Source: Octopus vulgaris
Lineage: Eukaryota
NCBI GenBank assembly: GCA_951406725.2
Contig: OX597818.1
Coordinates: forward strand, 82,522,001 to 82,586,000
Reading direction: 5' to 3'
Length of the DNA: 64,000 bases
Position 1 is the stretch's first letter. Each line of letters begins with the position of its first letter. The translations under genes were made by a program, and so were the position numbers. This document shows, piece by piece, positions 41,334-54,467 of this stretch. The notes beneath the pieces were generated by a model that did not search any database, was not told where the DNA came from, and saw nothing but the letters and a program-made list of their open reading frames with translations.

Positions 41334-41834
41334 ATGGCTAGCATATTAAGAAATACCTTTCAAGGTTAAATTTATAAACAACTTATAAATAAGGGCAAAC
41401 GAAAAAATGTCTAATGCCAAATATGCCAAAATTTGACAAATTGTCCATAACCATATAATTTTTCACAAAAACGCACGCTACTCGAAAAAAGGTCGACAGA
41501 AATTTCTAAAAAATTCCATGATTACCATATCGGACCGATTCAGGGTTAGTTCATAAGAACCCTCCCTTCGTCAGTGAACTAACCCTGAATCGGTCCGATA
41601 TGGTAATGATGGAATATTTTAGAAATTTCTGTCGACCTTTTTTCGAGTAGCGTGCGTTTTTGTGAAAAATTATATGGTATTGGACAATTTGTCAAATTTT
41701 GGCATATTTAGCATAAGACATTTTTTCGTTTGCCCTTATTTATAAGCTGTTTATAAATTTAACCTTTAAAGGTATTTTTTAATATGCTGGCCGTTGATAA
41801 TTTTTTTCTATTCGAAAAAATTTTATCCTACATT
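41334..41834. repeat. ~460-bp palindrome built from two left halves of the TIR element
   Basis: Arms 41334-41553 and 41575-41794 are highly similar reverse complements with a ~21-bp spacer; the right arm continues to aattttatcctacatta. Confidence 0.9.
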
Positions 41835-41854
41835 AGATATATATATACATATAC

Positions 41855-41903
<49 letters not shown>

Positions 41904-42162
41904 CACAACATACATAAGTGCAGGATATGGGTCCTTGGTAAGAAACTTGCTATCCAACTTCAGTTTTTGGTTCAGTGTCATTGCCTGGCAACTCAGTCAA
42001 AGAGCTTCTACTATAGCCAGGCGCTGACCAATGCCTTTTGAGTAGATATGGTAGATGGAAACGAAAACAAGATCATCATATATATATATATTTGTGTGTG
42101 TGTGTATAAATAAGGATAAGATCGTTATTTAAAATAAAAACCTCAAAAGTAATAATTATTAT

Positions 42163-42567
42163 TAAAATTATAATCAAGGATATCTAAAAGATACCGCCAT
42201 GCTATATATAGCAGCCAAAACTTGACTCTAAAATCACATTAAATGTTCATACAGTACCAGGAGAGAAGAAAAAAGAAACAAAATAAATTAACAAAAAAAT
42301 TACTGCATAATTCCAGATCCCGGATTTCTGGCTCTGCATAAGATATGTTTTGCCTTCATCAGTCGAATATACGCAGACAGCACATAAATACAAATATATA
42401 TATACAACATATGAATACATACATATACGAACGTATACATACATATATATATGCACTTATGCACACGCCCAGTTTATGTATGAATATTTAATGTAATTTT
42501 AGAGTCAAGTTTTGACTGCTATATCTCGCACGGTGGTATCTCATAGATACACTTGATTATAATTTTA
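42163..42567. mobile_element. Inverted-repeat element enclosing a hammerhead (Penelope-like)
   Basis: ~90-bp arms at 42163-42252 and 42477-42567; the spacer carries a minus-strand hammerhead motif. Confidence 0.7.
42303..42376 (-). ncRNA. Type I hammerhead ribozyme, slightly decayed
   Basis: ctgcgtatattcga-CTGATGA-a-ggc...gcc-a-GAAA-tccggga-TC-tggaattatgcag: long stem I, intact core, A.A mismatch at the base of stem II. Confidence 0.6.
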
Positions 42568-42577
42568 TATATATATG

Positions 42578-42631
<54 letters not shown>

Positions 42632-42698
42632 ATATCTATATGCATATATATATACATATATGGATGTATACACGCATGCATATATCTAGATAGATAGG

Positions 42699-42758
<60 letters not shown>

Positions 42759-43212
42759 GGGATAGATAGATAGACAGGAATACATACATCCTACATCCAA
42801 GAATAATAAGTATTTTACATTGCTATAATATATTTTTTGCCCAACATTATTAACAATGAGAAAAATATGTAAAAATAAATACTATACACACTACTACTAC
42901 AAACAAGCATACACACAGATATACACACATTCAACAAAACACACCTACAGAAAGGCACACGCACACTCTCTCACACACACACAAGCATGAATATATACAC
43001 ACACAAACGCCTGGAAATATCTAATAATAATTTCCATATTCATTGATTCTGATATTTTCCAAAGGCGCCAAAGTATTAATTCAAACATACTTTGCCGTCT
43101 GCAAATAACAAGTATTAAGGCTAGGAAAGTAAGGTGCTTAACCGAAGGAGTATAACTAATCAAAGATACATATGCAGACATGTATAACACATATGCATAC
43201 GTTCATCTAAAC

Positions 43213-43244
<32 letters not shown>

Positions 43245-43370
43245 TGTATGTATGTATGTATGTATGTATGTATGTATGTATGTATGTATGTATCTATCTA
43301 TCTAGCTAGCTAGCTATCTATCTATTTATCTATCTATCTAGCTATTTATCTTTCTGTCTATCTATATACG

Positions 43371-43426
<56 letters not shown>

Positions 43427-43980
43427 GTATGTTTGTATATATGCATGTACTTTATGTCTATGTACAATCAACATAGCATAAATCTGGTTCTTTAAAATAT
43501 ACTGAAGCTATAGATGTTCTATATAATGAATTAGAAAACAACCTTTCTTTTGCTTTTCGCATTTTGATGATTGCCAAAAATGTCAAAGCCGTAATGGAAC
43601 AAATCCTCGCCTTCTCATATGCCGTGGCATTTACCTCCTGTACATTAACAGATGTGGAACTTGGTTTGCATTTCATTGTGATATCATAATGGTTCTGTAT
43701 TTTTCCCCTCCACCTTTTCTTCCGTTATCTTTAAATCTTCTCGGAGACGTTCCTATTATTTCTATTTCAACTTGCTGCTGCGACGAAGAATTTTACCAAA
43801 GTTAATCTTCTTATACTCTGCAGTCCTTCTTTTACTTTTCTCTTTCCGTCTTATAAATCGTGTCTACGTGCGCGCACACGCACGCACACACACACACACA
43901 AATACAAACACACACACACTCACCGCCCCCCCCACAAAAGTATATAAGTATATTGTATTTCTTTGCCTTCGTGTCGTACA

Positions 43981-44025
<45 letters not shown>

Positions 44026-44041
44026 TATGTATATGTATGTA

Positions 44042-44087
<46 letters not shown>

Positions 44088-44667
44088 GAGAGAGAGAGAA
44101 AGAGATAGACATATACCTATTCATATGTGTGTATTTATAAATGTATATACGTGCATACATATCGTATATAAAAGCATCTATATATATATATATATACATA
44201 CACACACACACATATATATATATGTATATATATTATGTATGCTTGTATGTATATATTCATGTATGCATGTGTATGCATAGTGCGTGATTATACGTGTGTT
44301 TGTATCTATATATGCTCGTATATAATTACTTATATGGAGTAATATCGACAGACGGCCACTGGATATAACGTTGCAGAGGAGAAGACTTGAACCAAGCAGG
44401 AGAATAAGGAATTTATTTGTCGTGTTCTGACCAACATTTGAAAAGGAAATTGCTTGGTTGTACTAACTTCAGAAGTCAGAATGACATAGAAATCGATTCA
44501 CTCTAATTTTATAAATGTACGTTCGACCTAAATGATATAAATACACTCAGCCACACCCGCACACACAAAACAAATATACACACGGTCATATGTATATATG
44601 TAAATATATATATGTGTGTATATATATATATTTGCATGTATATATATATATATATATATATATATTT

Positions 44668-44837
44668 AGGCGCAGGAGGGGATATGTGGTAAGTAGCTTG
44701 CTTACCAACCACATGGATCCATGGTTCCGAGGCCACTCCTACTGCGTGAACCTTGGTTATGTGACTTCTACTATAGCCGTGTGCCGACTCTAGCCTTGTG
44801 AGTGGATTTGGTAGACGGAAACTGAAATCACCAATCG

Positions 44838-44838
<1 letters not shown>
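44668..44838 (+). mobile_element. SINE family D 5' half
   Basis: aggcgcagga..gtggtaagtagcttgcttaccaaccacatgg..ttctactatagcc..gccttgtgagtggatttggtagacggaaactga, then (TA)n. Similar 5' halves at 28261 and 41920. Confidence 0.8.
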
Positions 44839-44865
<27 letters not shown>

Positions 44866-44868
<3 letters not shown>

Positions 44869-45268
44869 AAGGAATTGTGCCAAATTTTTGCATTGTAAGC
44901 TACACTAATGCTAGAACGGGACGACACTGCATAGTGCCAAAGATCCCAGCAATGCCATCTCGCTTCAGAACCAGCTTCTGCAACAGCCTGTGTTTCAAGG
45001 GCCCACAGCTTTTTAATATTCTCCCAAAGAGTCTGAGAAATTTGCACAAAGTAGATGTAGCAGTTTTTAAATCAAAGCTGGACATCTTCCTGTCAAGAGT
45101 CCCAGATGAACCTACCTCACGGCAAGAAATGCAAATGAGAGTAGCTGTATCAAAATCCATTCTTCACCAAGTGCCACATATTAGACGAGGTTCGTCGTAA
45201 TAACAGTGTAGCACAAAACGGCGGTGCATCAGCATGGCCGCAACTCTGAGCTGAAACTAGAAAAAAAA

Positions 45269-45269
<1 letters not shown>
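44866..45269 (+). mobile_element. CR1/L2-group LINE 3' fragment with open ORF2 end, 3' UTR and A-tail
   Basis: GRHCIVP..NSLCFKGPQLFNILPKSLRN..FKSKLDIFLSRVPDEP, stop at 45200, 3' UTR ggcggtgcatcagcatggccgcaactctgagctgaaactag plus A run. Confidence 0.8.
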
Positions 45270-45363
<94 letters not shown>

Positions 45364-45839
45364 TGTGTGTGTGTATGTATGATGGGTGGCTTTCAGTTTC
45401 CGTCTACCAAATATATATGTATATATATATATATATTTAATCGATCAATGCAAACGTTCCTATTTGTTATAAACTACTCCCCTCGGATGCGTACGACGAT
45501 ATAGATTTCCAGCATACAGGATAATCCATCATAATTTTTTAGCAAATTTTTCATCAGTACTAGAAACTGAAATACATTGCTTCTATAATTTATAAAATGC
45601 ATTACTTCTATATAAGCCTGCAATAATTTAGAGTTGCAGAAGGAATATTTATGCATATAACATACTTTTTGCTCCATGTACAGTGATTAATGAAACTAAT
45701 AACATTATTTACATCGGCTGCTGAATTAATATGAAGAAGCGCATTAATAACCACATTTCACCTTTTAGACTTAAACATAAAGCTAACAGTACATCATTAT
45801 ATAATACAATTCAGAAAAAGGTAATTAAAATTCATTAAA

Positions 45840-46870
45840 ATGACAGATCTATCAGTCTTTCAAGCAGGTCAACTTGTTGGTTCTCAAATTGTATGGCAGG
45901 TGCTACCGTAACAAAAACAGCTGAAATGTTTGGTGTATCAAGAAGTACTGGCTCGAAAGTAATGACAGCCTTTGAGAAAGAGGGAAACAACCTCCTCACA
46001 CAAAACTTTCAGGTAGGGACCGTCAGAATCTTATACGTATTGTTAGAAAGGATCATCAATTTACAGTCCCCAAAATTACTGCAGAGCTTAATGACCACCT
46101 CAAGAACCCAATCTTTTCAAACACTGTTCGTCGGTAGCTACGCAAAGTCGGTTTTTACGGGTGACTCAATTAGAAAACCACTTTCAAAAACAAACGTTGC
46201 AAAGCGTCTAGAGTGGAGTAAAAACCTACAGAATTGGTCCCTAGAGTAGTGGAAGAATGTTATTTTTTATCTTATTTCCGACCACCGGCCGATATACGTG
46301 TGAAGACAGCCAAAAGAAGTATTTGACCCAGATTGCCTTCTTCCAACTGTTAAATATAGAGGAGGATCTGTAATGATCTGGAGGGGCTATATCTTCAAAA
46401 TCCGCCGGTCCAATGGTTTCCCTTTATGGCAGAATTAATAGTCAAGAGTACTTAAGCACTGTATCTGATTAAATTCATCCTATGTTTGCGGAACTGTTTC
46501 CATAGGGAAGTGCAATATTTCAGGATGATAATGCACCAATTCACACAGCTAAAGTTGTTACTGAATAGCACGAGAATATTCGACTGAAGTTGAACTTCTT
46601 ATCTTGCCTAGATCTCAGTATTATTGAGCAGTTATGGTGCATTTCAAATAAACAAGTAAGAAGTCGATATCCTCCATCATCACCGCTACAAAAGGTGGCG
46701 ACTGTTTTAGCTGAAGAATGGAAAAAAGTTTCCTTTGGAGACATTTCTACCTTTGTATAAGTCCATACATCGTAGAATTGAAGCTGTAATTACAGCCAAA
46801 GGCTGTCCTACCCCGTATTAAAATAAATTTGTTTGACATTTTAAGGTGTTTCCATGATTTTATCCAACCC

Positions 46871-46875
<5 letters not shown>
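45840..46875 (+). pseudogene. Tc1-family transposase pseudogene with right element end
   Basis: [80 protein letters not shown]; ends ..tccaacccctg|TA. Confidence 0.9.
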
Positions 46876-46948
<73 letters not shown>

Positions 46949-46953
46949 TTATG

Positions 46954-47017
<64 letters not shown>

Positions 47018-47102
47018 TGTATGTGTTAAACACATGAACATACATACGTATACGTAGACGCATACACACATGCATAAATATATGCATACTTATATATAAA
47101 TG

Positions 47103-47152
<50 letters not shown>

Positions 47153-47228
47153 CATATATATATATGTACATTGTATTAGAAGCTGTTATACTAAATTTCT
47201 TTATTCTCGTAATTGCCTCTCTATTTAA

Positions 47229-47265
<37 letters not shown>

Positions 47266-47914
47266 CATGCCTGTGTTTCTTGATAAAATATACGAAATAT
47301 CTGTTTTCTATACGTCAAATAAAGTATTTGTTATTTTTTAAGTTAATTAAGATTCTATTACTCTTACTTTGTACCCGGAGCTATCATCAGATTGAAGGAA
47401 CCTCCATTATCGCAGCAGCTCATGTGTAACTCTTGTTGCTCTTTCATTTGCGATAGATGTTTAAGTGTACATCCGCTTTTCACTTAATACTCCATTATGC
47501 CTACTTCAAAATATACGGAAGGATTTTTTCGCTTTAAGGCATTTCTATATTATTTCTGAATTTTCATTCATATTGTGTGTCATTTTCATTTTAATGTACA
47601 AAATCATGAGTTTCCTTTCTGGAATAAGTTAAAGAAGGACCTTTCAGTTTTCTCCTCTCACGTATAGTTACCTAAGGGAAATTATCCTGGCAACTATTTT
47701 ATATCAATTGTTCCGTAACTAAGCGCAATACTTGTATTGTAAGGAACAACGTACTTTCTGTTGCCAGTATCATGTTTTCAATAAATTATTCACAATCTGA
47801 TTGAATTCTTGAACTTAAAATCGGATATAATTCGGAAATGCCGACATGTGTAGAATTCTTACAAAATTATAAGATTTACTGGCGTGTACTATCCCAAGTA
47901 TCCATGTATACGTG

Positions 47915-48330
47915 TTCAATGTGAAGGCGCAGGCTGGAAAGCAGAGAATTTTCCAATCGAAGTCGGATGTAGAGGGTTTGTTGCACACAGTGTGAGACGA
48001 CTGTTGTTATCGTTAGGCCTAACTCATCGTAAAGTCAACACCACCATGACCGATATCCAAACTAGAGTGGAGAAGGCTAGCCACTGAATTTGATTAAAAA
48101 GAGACGATGAGCAATGACTAGAGAAATAGTGAGCTTTATTTAATAACCAGTTGATCTAGCAAGCGGTGCCTCATATCAGTGAGGGGGCGCATTAATGCCG
48201 TCGAGAGGTAGGCCCCGAAACAGCGCACATTTTCTCCTGATGACCCCATATACTTGTTGGTTTCCAGTATGCGGAGTTCTCGACTGGTAGCACTTGCATG
48301 TGCAAGTTCTTTGCAAGACATCTAATGACA
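47915..48330 (+). mobile_element. Hero-like (R2 superfamily, RLE) retrotransposon 3' fragment with 3' UTR
   Basis: CEGAGWKAENFPIEVGCRGFVAHSVRRLLLSLGL...VEKASH*I*LKR matches GW....P.EVG.RGF...S...AEKAS.WIW.KR. Confidence 0.75.
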
Positions 48331-48771
48331 CAACAAAATGGACCAAGATATGGTATTCGTCTGGGAATAACAGGATGTTTATATTGTTAATTTTAATTCA
48401 TATTGGTTTTAAATTTTGGCGTGCTAACGATTCCACCAGTTCACCCCTTAAAATTTTACTTTGCCTATCATCCATCTGGAATCTATAAAATAAGTATAAT
48501 TTGGACACTGGAGTTGATATAAACCTTTTGCCTCCTTTCCCGAAATTGCTTGCCTTCTCCCAAAATTTGAAACCAATACTGATTGAGATACAGTTCAGTT
48601 GAAACGCCAGCTAAAAGAACAACAAAATTATCTATCGGACAATCTTGTTTGTCTGCCTGTCTGTCAGTATGTAAAAGCGGTGCTAGTCAGTACCCTCTAT
48701 CATTTTTGTGGCTTCTGTTAATTCTGTTAATTTTGCTAATAAGCCACCCTTTTTAATTTTTTATATGTATT

Positions 48772-50041
48772 CAAGAGTGAGCTGCAAAGTTCAGAGGCTG
48801 ACTATGGAAAAATTATGTTAGAGCTGTAAAATCTTGAATGCATTAATTTCATCACCTTTTATTGATAACTGCATTGTTTCTTTCCGGGTAAACTGACATA
48901 TTGCTGTTCAAAGATTTCAAAAGTAGCTAGTAGCGACTTCTCTTGAAAAGAGACAAAAGTTAGTACTCCATAAAGTACCTGCAGAAAATAATTTAGACCC
49001 AAAAGAAATTTATACTGACATATTTGCTACATTATGGGATAACTCTCCAGCTTTATCAACAGTGCAAAGATGGGTAGCTGAATTTAGAAGGCGAAAGGAG
49101 ATTCATGAATGTTACTCAAGGTCAGGGAGTTCTGCAACTGCCTCTACCGAGGAAAATATTGATCGTTTTCAACACATGGTGATGGATGGTACACAATTGA
49201 ATATAATTCAAAACGTCAATGCTATTAACATATCCTGTGAGGGTGTTGAGAATAATCAACACAATGAACTTGGCTTGGAGAAGGTTTCTGTTTGGTGGGT
49301 AGCACTTCTGATACTTTATCAAAAGATCACCATGCTGATCATATCACGAAGAAATCTCACATTAAGATAGATGCAGCTGATTTTCTTGAATATGTCATAG
49401 GCCAGGATGAATGTTGGGTTCATAATTTGAACTAGAGCCAAAGAGATAATCCATGTAGTAGAAATACGTATTCTCACCTACTCCAAGGTAGACTAAGGTA
49501 GTTTCATCTGCAGGGAAAGTGATGGTCTCAGTTTTTTGAAATGCAGGTGATGTGTTTATTGATTACCTTCAAAAGCGCCACACCTTCAATGTCGTGTATT
49601 ATGCCAAATTGCTGAGGCAGTTCCCAAAGTCTATCAAGACCAATTGCCCAGAAAAACTAATTTAAGGTGCCGTGTTTCATTAGGACGATGCTCCAGCACA
49701 CAAGTCCTTGCTTTCAATGGCTGCTATGCGTGACTGAGGATTTGAAGTAGTTGTTCAGATTCCTTATTCTCCAGATTTGACTCAATCTGACTTTTATCTG
49801 TCTTTCAACATGAAAAAACACTTTACTGGAAACTAGTATTCCAGTGATGACGATGATGTCATAGCAGCTATTTATGAATTGTTTACAAACAAAATGAAAA
49901 CTGCAACAATAGTATCCAATTATTGCAAACTGATAGAAAAGTGTGTGTGCCTTAAAGGGGTCTATATTGAAAAATAAACCTCAGTTAATTACATTGCATG
50001 AGGGCAGCTTGTTCAGCCTAGGAACTTTTTGTTGACCCTCA
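48772..50041 (+). pseudogene. Full-length decayed mariner element
   Basis: STVQRWVAEFRR, WWVALL (WVP motif), QDECWVH, SAGKVMVSVF, FH*DDAPAH, PYSPDLTQSDFYL; degenerate TIRs (aaagttcagaggctga / tcagcctaggaacttt). Confidence 0.9.
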
Positions 50042-50487
50042 TGATCATTTAAATATTTCCTCCGAAGAAGGAGCTTGCTTCTAACAAAGATACAAAACTC
50101 TATCGTTGGAATGTAGATAACAAGAACAATGCCACCTATTAAAAGTGAAACATATCTTGCATAATTTTACAGTTATTCTAACAGATGGTATTTGTTATGT
50201 GCGAGTCATTTACTTAATTTCTTTTCTTAAACCTCAAGCTCATCCTCACTGTCAGTAAAGCATTTACTTACAAAACCGAATGCACTAATCACTTTTGGTA
50301 TAAACGTAAATTTGTTATTTGGGTATATAAACTGGAGTTTTTGAAGCAGTTGTCCACAGTTACCCTCTGTCTTTCCCTTTGATTTTCAAAGAGGTATTCA
50401 CAGTAGCAGGAAAGCTGATTTCTATGACATTGCCTTGGTCACATACAATAATGTCCAGCCTGTTATGCTTACTCTTGATAGATGGTT

Positions 50488-50892
50488 TACTCTTTACTCT
50501 TTTACTTGTTTTAGTCATTTGACTGTGGCCATGCTGGAGCACCGACTTCAGTCGAGCAAATCGACCCCCAGGACTTATTCTTTGTAAGCATAGTACTTAT
50601 TCCATCGGTCTCTTTTGCCGAACTGCTAAGTTACGGAGACGTAAACACAACAGCATCGGTTGTTAAGCGATGTTGGGGAGGACACACACAGACACACATA
50701 CATATATATATATAATATACATATATAGGACGGGCTTCTTTCAGTTTCTGTCTACCAAATTCACTCATAAGGCTTTGGTCGGCCCGAGGCTATAGTAGAA
50801 GACACTTGCCCAGGGTGTCACGCAGTGGGACTGAACCCGGAACTATGTGGTTCGTAAGCAAGCTACTTACCACACAGCTACTCCTACGCCTA
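50488..50892 (-). mobile_element. Full-length SINE family D
   Basis: Head, CORE (gacaccctgggcaagtgtcttctactatagcc), internal TA/CA repeat, tail with (gagtaaaa)n on the minus strand. Confidence 0.9.
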
Positions 50893-53202
50893 TACTAGCC
50901 ACTCCTACACCTAAGAATGTTTCACCTGTATTTATTGTGTTGACGTTTGTGCACATATTCAATAACTGGGATTTTCATTAATTATTCCAGGACAGTGTTT
51001 TTTTTCCCGGAAGGCATTGTATATTGTTTTCGGGACAATATCATGTCGCTTAGCGAGACAGTAAGTACTTTCATGACATTTTGGAGCAGCTGCTAATCAC
51101 ATGTGTGATATCTTCCACAAGAATGTGACATAATCTACATTTTCGGTTGTATCTTGGAGCTCTAAGGATTTCACTGTCTCGTGTTTATTAGGTATGTACG
51201 TATGTATCTATGTATGCATGCATGTATATATGTATGTGTGTATGTATGTAATCAATATATCAGCTTTTGCTTCTTTCTTGGGTATATATGTCTGCTAGCT
51301 AAAAAGGGAAACTAAAAACTAAGACAAACAAATAATGGATATCAAAACTGGACAATTTAGTCGGTCGTATTACTGAGGGATAAATGCCTTATAAGCCAGT
51401 TATAATGATCTCTCCTGACATGTTACGTTTGGAGATAGTAAATTCGTCGTCACCGGAGTGTGCAATGGATATCATATATCTGTATAAGAATCTTATTGTT
51501 CCAGTGAAATTGTTGGACATGTCCAGATTATAAATTACTATTGAAAAATATATTTGTTATAAAGAATGAAAGGATTGAGTAACATTAACGAAGAAACCAT
51601 ATAGATATATTTTTCTATTTTTACTAACACGATAGTTTTTCATTCTAGTAATACAGTGAGTTATATAACTTCGATGAAGCCAAATAATTAGTAAGTAAAT
51701 CTGTCCCTTCGGAATGTATAAAATTTATTAAAAACAAAGGAAGTAACTACCAAAAGATCAGTTGATTAAAATTTTGTGGGGAAAATAGACAATGCTGATT
51801 GGAGTGGATGTTAAAAATATTTGGTAAAAGCAACAAACACCTTTTAGCTTTATTACACGTTCTCAGTAAGACGACTAAAGAGGATTAATATACCGAGAAT
51901 TAGATAAAATATAGTGAGTTTTGCTGTGTATCAACAATATTGTTTACTGACGTTTTGTTTTGTTCTGGAGATAATATCTAACGTTCACCATATTAGTTAT
52001 TGTCAGACTATTTGTTTCGGATAAAAGCCTTTACGATGTAAACAGTGATTTAACAAGACTGAAATCATTGAACTTTGAGTGGATTCAAAAGATAATTTGC
52101 ATAAGATTGGTGTGATCCGACTATCAACATTTTATTGGTGAAAATTTACTCTTCATTGATCAGTTTGAAAAATATGAATATTATTTCTGAATTTTCATTC
52201 CTATCAGACTTATCCTGTCACGTATCGCAACTGAAGGAAAATTATGCTGGTAATTACTTACACATCACTTGTTCCATAACTGTGCGCAATTTTGAAAGCG
52301 GTGATTTTAAAGCGGTAACCCATATAAAATCTAACTTGAACACATTAAGATTTAAACTTAGTATCGCATAATGCATATAACTTTAGGAGATGATTTATCG
52401 TTTCTGCCAATTTTTTGGTTGTGATTAATACTATAAAGCAAATCCAACTTAGTCCCTGCATTGGTATTACAACATGGTTTACTTCTTCTTCTTGTACCTC
52501 CAGTACTAAAGCACTTTAAGGGAGTAATGCTTCAACTAACGAATCCGAATAACGAAAACCGTTTAGAATGAAGAGTTGTAGAATTTATCAATAACCGTCC
52601 AGAAGGTAAAAGTCGACCATAGCGAGATTTCAAATCAATCGTTACTAAACAGTGAAATACATTAAGCCCGCTGCTCAATTAATTATAGTACTTCTCTGTA
52701 ATTCATATTGAGAATAAACACACAAAGCAAAAACAAGCAACAAACGAAGAAAAACACTTTAAAATTCATTAAATTAACCTTAGTTATTGAACTAAAAGAA
52801 AAAAATATTTATATACAGAATTTCGACTGACATTTTAATGTTTTCGTGATTTCCCCAAACACTAACCTTATATGCAATCAAATAAAATTATCTTTATAAT
52901 ATATGAATATAGATATTTATACGACTATTAATGGGAAAATATTTATATTTAATAATACACCAATATAAATATTTCATATTAATTTATACCTACACTGTTA
53001 TCATCGATAAACGAAACGACTATAAAATATATTATTTTAAGATGAATATAAAGTAGAAGAAAGATAATTAACGATATCATTTACCTAAGGTTTAAATACA
53101 AAGAGTGTTATACAATTAGTATAAATTTCTTTCGTTTCTTTGAAGTTTTACTACTAGTACCATGTCAAATGTGTAAGTGCTTCTGTGCGTATATATGTGC
53201 GC

Positions 53203-53261
<59 letters not shown>

Positions 53262-53589
53262 AGAAGGAGAAAGAGACAGAGTGTACATACGCCTGTGTGT
53301 ATAGGATGTGTTTGTTTTAATAGAGAAAGACATTTTCTCTCCCCACCTCAAATACAAAACTGGAAGAGAAAAGAAAGACGAAATTCAGAGGGACAACGAA
53401 GAAAATTAAGAAATGTAGTTTAGTGATGTAACATACATACGTACATATATATCTTTATGTTCTACTCAACGTGGATATATCATTAAAGAGCCTAATACTG
53501 ACGTATTTGACTCGAGACATCACTTCGGTCCTAAGAACATAGACATATGCCTTTAGCAGACGCAAATCCCCTGACGTGGGCGCCAGAAC

Positions 53590-54110
53590 TTCTGGAACCC
53601 TAGGTTTCAGCGCACTGTGCTTCTTCAGTGGCAGGTCTCCTCTTCACGCATACCAAATAAATCTCAGTGAAAACGATATATAGAATTACAGACAGTTCTC
53701 GTCTGCCATCGATATATGTCGTGCTCTTGGAGCCTTGCGTCTGTTTTAAAACACTTCTCAGGCGAGTACCACAGTATTCGATTTTCTAATAATACACCTA
53801 TGTCTTTTGAGATATGAATTTTGCTACACGGTATTAATACTGGTTCCGTTGCTAATATTTACTGTCAATACGCCAGCTGCTTGTTTACGACATCATTGAC
53901 AAAGCGACTGATATTCTATATATTGTTGACAGTGAAATATGACTGGTATGCGACAAGCAAACGTTAGGCCCTGGGGAAGCGCAATACGCAGAAGTCATCT
54001 AATCTGACAATTTCCGGTGTCCATGTCAGATGATTCCCTTTTGCTTACAAAATATGTCTGTGGACTCGGCATTGGGGAAGGGCGCCTATGGTTACCTATG
54101 GATCCTGTTA
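53590..54110 (-). mobile_element. Possible Penelope-like remnant with hammerhead-like motif at 53597-53633
   Basis: Minus strand CTGAAGA-agc(acagtgc)gct-GAAA-cc-TA-gggt with perfect stem II but weak stems I/III; upstream FHCQ..LCQ*CRKQ weakly recalls the GIY-YIG CxxC region. Confidence 0.35.
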
Positions 54111-54181
54111 ACGTTGAACTCTATCAAAAGCATCCGAATATAACAACCATGAAATGGCCTTGGCTACGGATCGACTGAGTG

Positions 54182-54467
54182 CACTAGCGTAGCTAGGGGT
54201 GGGGAGTTATGGCCGATCCGCTCCGGGCGGCACTTTTAAAGGAGCACAACTTTTGGGTCTGCTGTAGGCAATATGAGCTTTTTCTGGAGTCCGGAGGCGG
54301 CACACTCTAGCACACTTTAGCTACGGTACACATCTAGCTACGCTACACATCTAGCTACGCTACACATCTAGCTACGCTACACATCTAGCTACGCTACACA
54401 TCTAGCTACGCTACACATCTAGCTACGCTACACATCTAGCTACGCTACACATCTAGCTACGCTGGTG
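54182..54467. mobile_element. hAT-like MITE with 15-bp TIRs
   Basis: cactagcgtagctag (54182) and ctagctacgctggtg (to 54467); no TSD visible. Confidence 0.6.
54317..54463 (+). repeat. 17-bp minisatellite (ctagctacgctacacat)n
   Basis: Seven identical units at 54334-54452, one variant unit before and a partial unit after. Confidence 0.95.

Noticed and set aside
41554-41574. CTGACGA on the minus strand in the palindrome spacer
   Set aside because: There is no GAAA or stem III, so it is not a hammerhead.
54317-54463. CRISPR-like regular repeat
   Set aside because: Contiguous 17-bp units with no spacers, no cas genes, eukaryotic context.
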